DNA from: a virus
Taxonomy: Duplodnaviria; Caudoviricetes
Reading direction: 5' to 3' (one strand)
Virus record (IMG/VR): IMGVR_UViG_2585427716_000002
Span: 1 to 64,000 of that record
Length of the DNA: 64,000 bases
The notes below the pieces were generated by a model, which was given only the letters and a program-made list of their open reading frames with translations, was not told where the DNA came from and searched no databases. Every line of letters begins with the position of its first letter. Position 1 is the stretch's first letter. A program made the position numbers and the translations under genes. This document shows, one piece after another, positions 28,301 to 35,990 of this stretch.

Positions 28301-29263
28301 ATGCCCTCAAACAAGTATAACCAACTTAGAATAGAAGGTCTTCCCGACCTCCATAACAATGCCCTTTTAAAGGCGTGCCTCGAAGATTCAGACCTCTTGG
28401 CAGAATTACTACAGAGGAACAAAGATTTTATTTTCTCCATTATCACCCATTACAAGGGTAACATTGAATCCCTTAAAGAGCGCTTCAACATTTCAGAGGA
28501 AGAGTTATTGCAACACGCCTACATTGGTATACTCACAGCTCTAAGAGACTTTGATTTCACAAGAGGTGTCCGTTTTACTACTTTCGCTTATCGCCCCATC
28601 ATTTGGGAAATCAATCAATTCATGTATAACGACTCACGTTTAGTTAGGTTGAGTAGAAGTGCTGTCAACTTAGTTAAAAAAATGGAGCAGATAGAAAACC
28701 AGTTAGGTTATTTCCCTAAACCTGATGAGATGTCCAGCATTCTAGGGGTTCCTCCAAGCAAGATCGAAGAAGTTCTGAGATTTGCTAAAGATCTTACTTA
28801 TATAGACTCACTTCAAGATTTCGATCTAGAGGACTCTGAAATCGACTTTGAAAATGAGGTTGACGACAAAGTCTATGTACAAAGTCTGCTAGAGGAATCA
28901 GATTTAGATGAGTTTGAGTCTAAAGTGGCTGATCTCATCATGGATGGGCTTAACAACTCTCAGATAGCTGAGGCTCTCGGCGTTTACCCTATGACGATAA
29001 ACAGAGCAATAGAACGCATTCGCAGTAAAGTAGCAAATGACTTCAATGACCGTCGGATATCGAAATACGAAAAAGAAATTGAATTAATTGCAGAAGAAAT
29101 GGAAGAACGAAGTTGCATAATGCACATCGACGATATCAAAGACCTTTTGGATGTGTGTGGGTATACCATCGAAACCTACACCCCACGCATTCTTTACTAC
29201 ATTAGACAAAAAGCAATGATACGTGTAAATGAGAATCTAGTCGAATGTGGAAACCAGCATTAA
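28301..29263 (+). CDS. Second sigma-70-family factor with C-terminal extension
   Basis: EELLQHAYIGILTALRDFDFTRGVRFTTFAYRPIIWEI; region 3 and region 4 HTH. Confidence 0.9.
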   Translation: MPSNKYNQLRIEGLPDLHNNALLKACLEDSDLLAELLQRNKDFIFSIITHYKGNIESLKERFNISEEELLQHAYIGILTALRDFDFTRGVRFTTFAYRPIIWEINQFMYNDSRLVRLSRSAVNLVKKMEQIENQLGYFPKPDEMSSILGVPPSKIEEVLRFAKDLTYIDSLQDFDLEDSEIDFENEVDDKVYVQSLLEESDLDEFESKVADLIMDGLNNSQIAEALGVYPMTINRAIERIRSKVANDFNDRRISKYEKEIELIAEEMEERSCIMHIDDIKDLLDVCGYTIETYTPRILYYIRQKAMIRVNENLVECGNQH

Positions 29264-30690
29264 AGGAGAGGTTGAAGTTGGATTACCGGATACAACTAGT
29301 TATTTCAAACGGTTATGCAGCAGACAAAGATATCTACTGCACGTGTGGTTACAATAGGAAAGTAAAGTACAGAGAAGAAGCAGGACGTTGCCCTAAATGT
29401 GGGGTAACTGAGACAAAGAAAATCAACTACATCCGTACGAACTACACGTATATAGACACCTTATTCAAAGTGATCAGTAAAACTGATCAAGGGTTTCACA
29501 TAGAAGGAGAGGAATTATTTATCTCATTTGATTTACCTGAGAAGAAATTTACAATCGAATCGAAAAATGTTAGAACCTTATCCTTTAAGCTAAAGGATAA
29601 GGTAATTCAACTATCCAAGAATGGGCAAATAATGTCAGTTTCAGACTCTAATATAAACCAATTCTTTAAAGGAGCGCCGATAGAAAGAGTCCTGGACGTA
29701 ATTTCTACCGACCGCAACAAAGAGTTATATAGATTTTGCTATAACCACCTAAGCTGTATGGGATATGAACGTAACAACATGTGGGGAAGAGGTCTTACAC
29801 GTTTAAAGACCTACCCTGTTATTGAAACAATAGGGCTAAGCCCCTTGGTCAATCACCTTAATGACTTTTGGGTATTTCATACAACTCTCACAAGGTCAAA
29901 AGAAACTATGCCACCTCACAAGCTTCTAGGGGTCCCGAAGTTCATGCTTAATTATATAAGCCGCATGAGAACATACCCCACCTATAAACATGAACGCCTA
30001 AAGCAGTTGTGTCAGTATTTTGACGGAAATAGCCTCAAACTCATTATGGAGATCTTCGACGAAGAGAGTGACATAGACAAAGTTCCCGATATAGCTGAAA
30101 CTTTAGTCGAAGTACATAGGGATTATGGCTACTCAGACCTCAGACGTACCATTCTTTATATCACAAGAGAGGTCAAACTTGAGCAAGGTATCGTCAATCC
30201 ATCCGAAGCTATTACTCTCATACGTGACTTAGCACGAATGAATATTGCTATGGAAAAATCGTTCACCAAGTACCCTAAATCCTTGAAAAAGGACCATGAC
30301 GTGGCATTGGCAAACTACAAAACAAGAGAAAGCGAGTTCAAACAAAAAGAGTTTGCAAAAGTAACTGAGTACGAGGATTACAGAGACTTGTCCTTCATCG
30401 GCAAGTTCTTCTCCATTATTCGGCCATCTCATGTCAGGGAGGTAATAAAAGAAGGTGAATCCCTATCCCACTGTGTTTCCTCTTATATAGATGACATTAT
30501 TAAAAGGAAATGTAAGATACTCTTTCTTCGGGATTCTAAACAGCCTGATGAATCCCTAGTTACTGTGGAAGTCCGTGGTAACGTTGTCCGCCAAGTTCGA
30601 GGAAAATTCAACAGACGTCCCACAACCGAAGAAAGTGCCTTTATTGAATCATGGGCGAAGAAAAAGAATTTAGAAATACAATGTCACTAA
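29245..30690 (+). CDS. PcfJ-domain protein
   Basis: PKSLKKDHD...EGESLSHCVSSY...ILFLR...TVEV...QVRGKFN. Confidence 0.85.
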   Translation: MWKPALKERLKLDYRIQLVISNGYAADKDIYCTCGYNRKVKYREEAGRCPKCGVTETKKINYIRTNYTYIDTLFKVISKTDQGFHIEGEELFISFDLPEKKFTIESKNVRTLSFKLKDKVIQLSKNGQIMSVSDSNINQFFKGAPIERVLDVISTDRNKELYRFCYNHLSCMGYERNNMWGRGLTRLKTYPVIETIGLSPLVNHLNDFWVFHTTLTRSKETMPPHKLLGVPKFMLNYISRMRTYPTYKHERLKQLCQYFDGNSLKLIMEIFDEESDIDKVPDIAETLVEVHRDYGYSDLRRTILYITREVKLEQGIVNPSEAITLIRDLARMNIAMEKSFTKYPKSLKKDHDVALANYKTRESEFKQKEFAKVTEYEDYRDLSFIGKFFSIIRPSHVREVIKEGESLSHCVSSYIDDIIKRKCKILFLRDSKQPDESLVTVEVRGNVVRQVRGKFNRRPTTEESAFIESWAKKKNLEIQCH

Positions 30691-30695
30691 AATAC

Positions 30696-30727
30696 CGCAA
30701 CTATTCACCAACTAAGATCGATCACTA
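30696..30727 (+). promoter_or_regulatory. Phage-specific promoter, class 1
   Basis: CGCAACT-N16-CGATCACTA. Confidence 0.8.
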
Positions 30728-30750
30728 TTGTGGAAGGAGGATGTTAAAAA

Positions 30751-31122
30751 ATGGACATCAAAAGGTTTCAAGAGTTATCCCAAAGAACCATGCCCACTAT
30801 CGGTTCTCAAGTAAATGTCGAAGGTGATGAGGTGACAATGACAAAGCACCTCATCACAGCCAATTACGCTATGGGTCTTGCGGGAGAAGCTGGTGAGGTC
30901 ACTGACCTTATTAAGAAGAGCGTCTTTCATGGGCATTCTTTAGACAAGGAGGAGGCTGAAAAAGAGATTGGCGATGTAATGCACTACGTAGCAGGACTTG
31001 CTACGCTTCTAGACCTCGATATGGAAACGATCTTAGATAAAAACATCAAAAAACTACAAAAGCGTTTCCCTAACGGTTTTAACTCTGCGGACAGTGTAAA
31101 GCGTGCAGATATCAGTAATTAA
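30751..31122 (+). CDS. MazG-like nucleotide pyrophosphohydrolase
   Basis: GLAGEAGEVTDLIKK...EIGDVMHY...NIKKLQKRFP. Confidence 0.9.
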   Translation: MDIKRFQELSQRTMPTIGSQVNVEGDEVTMTKHLITANYAMGLAGEAGEVTDLIKKSVFHGHSLDKEEAEKEIGDVMHYVAGLATLLDLDMETILDKNIKKLQKRFPNGFNSADSVKRADISN

Positions 31123-31143
31123 ACAAACCCACTGGAGGTGTGA

Positions 31144-31449
31144 GTGATGAAAAAAGTCATTTCTAAAATCAAAGGTAAGAAAAAGAATCTCACTACATTA
31201 GGTGATGTTGTTGAACGTGTGGATTGGGCCGAAAAAGAGATCAAAGAAGCCGAAGATAAGCTGGTTGAATTATCTCAACGTATTGAAGATGGGGTGTCTG
31301 AATTAGAGAACGCTGAGAGATCCTCTGCTGCGATCGTAGAGCGTCACTTAGAGATTCAGGAAAAGGCCCGATCTCGAAAAACTGAGTTCCAGGCAAAAGG
31401 TCAAAAAGTACAAGACTTAATTAATTCTATCCAACAGGAGGTCAAATAA
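31144..31449 (+). CDS. Coiled-coil hypothetical protein
   Basis: RBS GGAGGTG. Confidence 0.6.
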   Translation: MMKKVISKIKGKKKNLTTLGDVVERVDWAEKEIKEAEDKLVELSQRIEDGVSELENAERSSAAIVERHLEIQEKARSRKTEFQAKGQKVQDLINSIQQEVK

Positions 31450-31450
31450 C

Positions 31451-31741
31451 ATGGTAGAAACTCTCTTCGCAAGCGCTACTCTTCTATTGTTTGTTGCAAT
31501 CTTGACTGAATCAATTACAGAGGTGATTAAAAACCTCTTCCCTGAGGGGTTGGTGCAGGATAAAGTCACTTATATCCTCTCCATTGCTGTAGGTATTTTA
31601 CTCGCATTCATCTTTGACTTAGAGCCTTTTGGGTTGGAAGGCGTTGGTGTGATTGTAAGTAAGGTTCTTATGGGGATTATAGCTAGCCGTGGTGCAAACT
31701 ACGTGAACGGATTCTTGAAACGGTTTGAAATCCTACGGTAA
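31451..31741 (+). CDS. Holin-like 3-TM membrane protein
   Basis: ESITEVIK...GIIASRGANYV pattern. Confidence 0.6.
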   Translation: MVETLFASATLLLFVAILTESITEVIKNLFPEGLVQDKVTYILSIAVGILLAFIFDLEPFGLEGVGVIVSKVLMGIIASRGANYVNGFLKRFEILR

Positions 31742-31743
31742 AC

Positions 31744-31773
31744 AAAAAAGACTACCATGTCGGTAGTCTTTTT
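31744..31773. terminator. Bidirectional terminator ending the flagellin transcript
   Basis: AAAAAAGACTACC-atgtc-GGTAGTCTTTTT. Confidence 0.85.
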
Positions 31774-31784
31774 TATTATAGCTA

Positions 31785-32702
31785 TTAACGTAACAATTGA
31801 AGTACGTTTTGTGGTTGTTGGTTTGCTTGAGCAAGCATAGCTTGAGAAGCTTGAGAAAGAATGTTGTTCTTTGTGAACTCACTCATTTCTTTCGCCATGT
31901 CAACGTCACGGATACGAGACTCAGCAGCTGTCAGGTTTTCACCAGAAGCGCTCAAGTTGTTGATTGTGTGCTCAAGACGGTTTTGTACCGCACCTAATTT
32001 TGAACGTTGTTTAGAAACAGTATTGATTGCGTCATCAACTGTTTTAAGTTGAGCATTGAATCCTACAGTAGCAGTGTCAGCCGCATTATCTTTGAATTTT
32101 GTTACGTCGATGTCAGATACTGCTTGTCCAGTAAGAAGTGTCGTACCGTCTGTATCTAAAGCACCAATTGCTGTAGCTGCCATGCTTTCAATGTTGACAG
32201 AAAGCTGTTGACTGCTGTTAGCTCCGATTTGGAATGTTAATGATTTACCGCCAGCTTGCGAGAAATCGCCATTAAGAAGTTTTTTACCGTTAAATTCAGT
32301 ACGGTCGGAGATACCGTTAGCGTTTGCTCCGCCACCGATTTCTTCAACTAGAGATTTGATCTCATCTTGGATCGCTCCAAGATCTGTACCATCTTGTGTA
32401 CCTGTGTTTCCAGCTTGAACAACTAGTTCACGAACACGTTGAAGAATAGAGTGAGTTTCAGTTAATGCACCCTCAGCTGTTTGGATAAGTGAGATTCCGT
32501 CTTGAGAGTTTTTAGAAGCCATATCAAGACCTCTGATTTGTCCTCTCATTTTTTCAGAGATCGCAAGACCAGCCGCGTCATCTCCCGCACGGTTGATACG
32601 AAGACCAGAAGAAAGTTTCTCCATGTTCTTTTGTGCCGCACCGTTGTTTGCGCCTAAACGGTTTAATGTGTTAAGTGCTGCGATATTGTGGTTAATTCTC
32701 AT
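31785..32702 (-). CDS. hag: Flagellin
   Basis: MRINHNIAALNT...LSSGLRINRAGDDAAGLAISEKM and RIRDVDMAKEMSEFTKNNILSQASQAMLAQANQQPQNVLQLLR; termini near-identical to B. subtilis Hag, variable centre. Confidence 0.98.
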   Translation of the reverse strand: MRINHNIAALNTLNRLGANNGAAQKNMEKLSSGLRINRAGDDAAGLAISEKMRGQIRGLDMASKNSQDGISLIQTAEGALTETHSILQRVRELVVQAGNTGTQDGTDLGAIQDEIKSLVEEIGGGANANGISDRTEFNGKKLLNGDFSQAGGKSLTFQIGANSSQQLSVNIESMAATAIGALDTDGTTLLTGQAVSDIDVTKFKDNAADTATVGFNAQLKTVDDAINTVSKQRSKLGAVQNRLEHTINNLSASGENLTAAESRIRDVDMAKEMSEFTKNNILSQASQAMLAQANQQPQNVLQLLR

Positions 32703-32922
32703 TTTTTGTTACCTCCGTGTAATGTTTTTTGGAAACCTCTTCGATATCCTTATCTGGCGAGATTTCCGTCCGATGAATTCGAAACTCTTTTGGAGCGTCT
32801 ATAGCAATTCTCACTTGATTTTTTCTATCTTTGATCTTGAGGACCGTAATCTTAATCTCATTCCCTATTGAATCTGTTATAATGAAAGATTCTTCGTATT
32901 GTCTAGATATTACAAGTGCCAT
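32692..32922 (-). CDS. csrA: CsrA/RsmA-family translational regulator (divergent)
   Basis: MALVISRQYEESFII...IKITVL...QVRIAIDAPKEFRIHRTEI; RBS AAGGAGGAG; stop overlaps hag start. Confidence 0.88.
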   Translation of the reverse strand: MALVISRQYEESFIITDSIGNEIKITVLKIKDRKNQVRIAIDAPKEFRIHRTEISPDKDIEEVSKKHYTEVTKNEN

Positions 32923-32969
32923 GCTATTTTTCTCCTCCTTGAGCTTGTCATTCATCCCTGACAATTAAT

Positions 32970-32996
32970 ATATCGACGATGGGTATTAAATGTTTA
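32970..32996 (-). promoter_or_regulatory. SigD (sigma-28) promoter for csrA-hag
   Basis: TAAA-15bp-GTCGATAT vs consensus TAAA-N15-GCCGATAT. Confidence 0.8.
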
Positions 32997-33027
32997 TAGA
33001 TTTTCTTTAAAAAATTTTTCAACAAAT

Positions 33028-33051
33028 AAAAACCGCCCGTAAAGGCGGTTT
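33028..33051 (-). terminator. Terminator after endolysin, insulating csrA-hag
   Basis: Minus strand AAACCGCC-tttacg-GGCGGTTTTT. Confidence 0.8.
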
Positions 33052-33062
33052 AATGTCCCACT

Positions 33063-34268
33063 TTAAAACATCACATTCCATGTATTGTATCCAACAATAC
33101 CGTCTACTCCCAAGAAAGGGAATTTAGATTGGTAGTTCTTTACAGCCTTTTCTGTCGCTGCACCGAAGTCACCGTCTACACTAATCTTCAATGCTCTTTG
33201 AATCGCTTCAACGTCTTTGCCGTGTGCCCCTCTTTTTACAGGAGAGCCTGGGTATGGTCTGACAGGCTTATGTTTAAGGTACTCAGCTAGCCGAGCGTCT
33301 ACCTTTTTCATTGATGTTTTCTTTGCAGTATTGGAAGATGGTGTACTTGCACTCTTATACCCAACAAGGACTTTTTGACCAACCTGCAATTTAAGTGGAT
33401 TAATTCCTGGGTTTAACTTTTCAATGTTTGCTACTGTGGTTTTGTAGTCGACTGCTAAGTGTGAAAGTGTTGGACTATTCTTAGAGATTGTCCCATAGAT
33501 TGGACTCTTACCACTATCTGTGGTTTTACTTTCCTCCTGGATAAGTAATGTGCTTCCAATTTGAAGAGCAAGAACATCGATCTCAGGATTTAATGCTTTT
33601 AGTTTTGCCACTGTAGTTCCATACTCATTTGCAATTTTATACAGAGTATCTCCTGAAACCACCTTATGTGTCTTCCCACTTTTTACAGACGCTGTTTGTG
33701 GTTTTGCTGATTTACCGGAACACTCTTTGTATTCGGCGGCCACATCAGTTATCAGCTGGTTGTAAGTTTTACCGATATGTTTCAGACCGTTAGATGGATC
33801 AATTTTACGCTTAGGGTCTAAAGTTTCGTGACCCACAATATCACGTTTAGGGTCTAAGCCGAACTTATAGCAAAGATAAGCTAAAATCCAAACATATCGA
33901 GCATAAGATTTTGCTCCATCGATGTTCCCTCCCCAACATAACTCAACTCCGATCGCTGCGTCATTTGCGTCCGCACCAAACATTCTATTATCTGTTGTTA
34001 CATTGTAGATAACATGGTATGCTCGTTCAGGCGTTCCAAGTACCGCTGGAATGCACTCTCTGATACACTCGTCATCGACAAAAATTTGGGCACTTGCTGC
34101 AATGGTTGGTGAGTTTCGATAATAGTTAATATTACCTTTCGCTGTAGATCCTGGGTTTCCAGTGTCGTGGGCTACAAGGAATCTTACGTTTATCTTTCCT
34201 CCAGGACGTCTTTTAGTGCCTGTAGGCAATAAATCTGAAATAATATCGTATTTCATCTTAAAACTCAT
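33063..34268 (-). CDS. Endolysin: N-acetylmuramoyl-L-alanine amidase + 2 LysM + PG-binding domain
   Basis: VAHDTGNP..SA...IGVELC..IVGH..K.DP; HKVVSGDTLYKIA; DGDFGAATEKAVKNYQ..DGIVG. Confidence 0.93.
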   Translation of the reverse strand: MSFKMKYDIISDLLPTGTKRRPGGKINVRFLVAHDTGNPGSTAKGNINYYRNSPTIAASAQIFVDDECIRECIPAVLGTPERAYHVIYNVTTDNRMFGADANDAAIGVELCWGGNIDGAKSYARYVWILAYLCYKFGLDPKRDIVGHETLDPKRKIDPSNGLKHIGKTYNQLITDVAAEYKECSGKSAKPQTASVKSGKTHKVVSGDTLYKIANEYGTTVAKLKALNPEIDVLALQIGSTLLIQEESKTTDSGKSPIYGTISKNSPTLSHLAVDYKTTVANIEKLNPGINPLKLQVGQKVLVGYKSASTPSSNTAKKTSMKKVDARLAEYLKHKPVRPYPGSPVKRGAHGKDVEAIQRALKISVDGDFGAATEKAVKNYQSKFPFLGVDGIVGYNTWNVMF

Positions 34269-34283
34269 ACGGCATAACCCCTT

Positions 34284-34595
34284 CTACTTTTTGTTGTTTT
34301 CAGGATCAAAATTATCCCCATCTTGATCCGCAGTCACATTATAAGTTGGAGTCTTGCCCTCTTCTCGTTTACTGCGGAAAGGTTCTGCGACAAAGTTCGC
34401 CACATTCATACCGACAATACTAAAAATCAAGACTTTGACTAAGTCTAGTAAATTAGCTGTAATATCTCCGTTATTGAAATGTGAATAGAGGGCGTAACCG
34501 AATCCGGCTAACGCCATCACAACCAATACTGAAAATCTTGTCTCGTCTACTGACAACCCATCTTTCCAGTAGCTACCTTTTTTAACCTTCTTCAA
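34284..34595 (-). CDS. Holin
   Basis: Two TM segments, directly upstream of endolysin. Confidence 0.7.
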   Translation of the reverse strand: MKKVKKGSYWKDGLSVDETRFSVLVVMALAGFGYALYSHFNNGDITANLLDLVKVLIFSIVGMNVANFVAEPFRSKREEGKTPTYNVTADQDGDNFDPENNKK

Positions 34596-34596
34596 A

Positions 34597-34962
34597 CTAT
34601 CCCCTCCTTTGCAGTTCTTCCCTTAGTTGGTTGTTAACCATAGTTAAGGAGTGTACTTGTCTCTCCAACGCTTCGTTCCGAGTCGTTAGTTGCTGTACTT
34701 GAGTCTCTAAAGAGAGATTAGATTTTGTTAAACGTTCCACCTCTGATGTTAGCCCTTTAACTTGATTTTGGTAGGCTAACATCATCTCTTTTAATTCAGT
34801 TCTAAACTGCTTTTCGTCCTCAGAAAGTAACTGACGATCATTGATAGTCAAATCCTTCTTGCTAGAGTTACGGGCTACCAGGTAACCGAACCCCCCTGTG
34901 ACAAACATCCCTAGAACAGAAGCAATAGCGGAAATAAAGCTGTCTTTCATCTCAACCGTCAC
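34597..34962 (-). CDS. Lysis-cassette membrane protein (TM + coiled coil)
   Basis: N-terminal TM, heptad repeats, position in the lysis cassette. Confidence 0.6.
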   Translation of the reverse strand: MTVEMKDSFISAIASVLGMFVTGGFGYLVARNSSKKDLTINDRQLLSEDEKQFRTELKEMMLAYQNQVKGLTSEVERLTKSNLSLETQVQQLTTRNEALERQVHSLTMVNNQLREELQRRG

Positions 34963-35009
34963 CTACCTTTACCACTAAATATAGAGTCGTGCGCCGATCC
35001 TACCAACAC

Positions 35010-35053
35010 TTGACACTTAACATAATCTCTTGTATAATTGTGTTATGTTAAGT
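35010..35053 (+). promoter_or_regulatory. SigA promoter of the recombinase overlapped by an 11-bp perfect inverted repeat
   Basis: TTGACA-17-TATAAT; ACTTAACATAA (35015-35025) / TTATGTTAAGT (35043-35053). Confidence 0.8.
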
Positions 35054-35069
35054 CGAAAGGGATGATTCC

Positions 35070-35927
35070 TTGAATTACGCTAATAGATTTGAAACACATA
35101 TGAGAGTAGAAAAAGACTTATCTGATAACACAATCTCCAACTATATGAGGGACCTTGGCAAATTTACCGACTACATAGATGTCGATCTGATAGATGTCAC
35201 CCCGGACCATGTACGAACCTTTATCTCACACCTCTCCAAAAATGGTTTAAAGCGCAACTCCATTAACCGGGCACTTTACTCACTTAAATCCTTTTATAAG
35301 TACCTCAAGGAGGTAGAAGGAGTCATACAAGCTACCCCCACTGATGGGATAAAGGTAGGTTCTCGTGAAAAATCGTTGCCTAAATTTCTCTCAAAAGAGG
35401 ATGTGTTACGTCTTTTGGAAACTGCCAGCAGAGAAGGAGTAAGAAGCCGCCTTTACGTAGAGCTTTTGTATGGATTGGGTGGCCGTGTCGCTGAGGTTGC
35501 TGCCTTACGTGTCGAAGACATAGATTTTGAAGGTAATTATATCCGTCTGAGGGGTAAAGGAAATAAAGAAAGGCATAACCCAATACACGAAAGCTGTATT
35601 CAACTTATACGGCAATATATCAAAGATCTAGGGATAACCTCAGGATTTTTATTCCCGCATAGGTTCGATAAATCAAGACATGTAACAAGGGAAGCGATAT
35701 TCCTCAATATAAAAAATATTGCTGATAAAGCCGGTATAGATAGAAACCTCGTCAGCCCTCACGTCTTCCGGCACAGTTTTGCCACACACTTGTTGGATAA
35801 TGGATGTGACATGGCCATTGTCCAAGAGTTTTTAGGGCATGAGGACATCTCAACAACTAAGATTTATGCCAAGGTTACAAGAGGAAACAAATCAAATAAT
35901 TATAAAAAATTCCACCCTCTTGCCTGA
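35070..35927 (+). CDS. XerC/XerD-family tyrosine recombinase
   Basis: GGRVAE, GKGNKER, SPHVFRHSFATHLL, LGHEDISTTKIY. Confidence 0.93.
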   Translation: MNYANRFETHMRVEKDLSDNTISNYMRDLGKFTDYIDVDLIDVTPDHVRTFISHLSKNGLKRNSINRALYSLKSFYKYLKEVEGVIQATPTDGIKVGSREKSLPKFLSKEDVLRLLETASREGVRSRLYVELLYGLGGRVAEVAALRVEDIDFEGNYIRLRGKGNKERHNPIHESCIQLIRQYIKDLGITSGFLFPHRFDKSRHVTREAIFLNIKNIADKAGIDRNLVSPHVFRHSFATHLLDNGCDMAIVQEFLGHEDISTTKIYAKVTRGNKSNNYKKFHPLA

Positions 35928-35950
35928 TAGCATTATAGTTTAATCGAACT

Positions 35951-35986
35951 AAAAAATAGCCTTACCCACGAAGGGTAAGGCTATTT
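35951..35986. terminator. Terminator between convergent recombinase and fibre genes
   Basis: AAATAGCCTTACCC-acgaa-GGGTAAGGCTATTT. Confidence 0.8.
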
Positions 35987-35990
35987 CCAT

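Noticed and set aside
31785-32996. csrA-hag as the host chromosomal flagellin locus marking a prophage boundary
   Set aside because: Phage genes continue on both sides, fliW and other flagellar genes are absent, CsrA is divergent and the SigD promoter position differs from the chromosomal arrangement
35027-35053. Canonical dif site at the recombinase promoter
   Set aside because: Spacing between candidate arms is 5 bp or 17 bp rather than 6 bp
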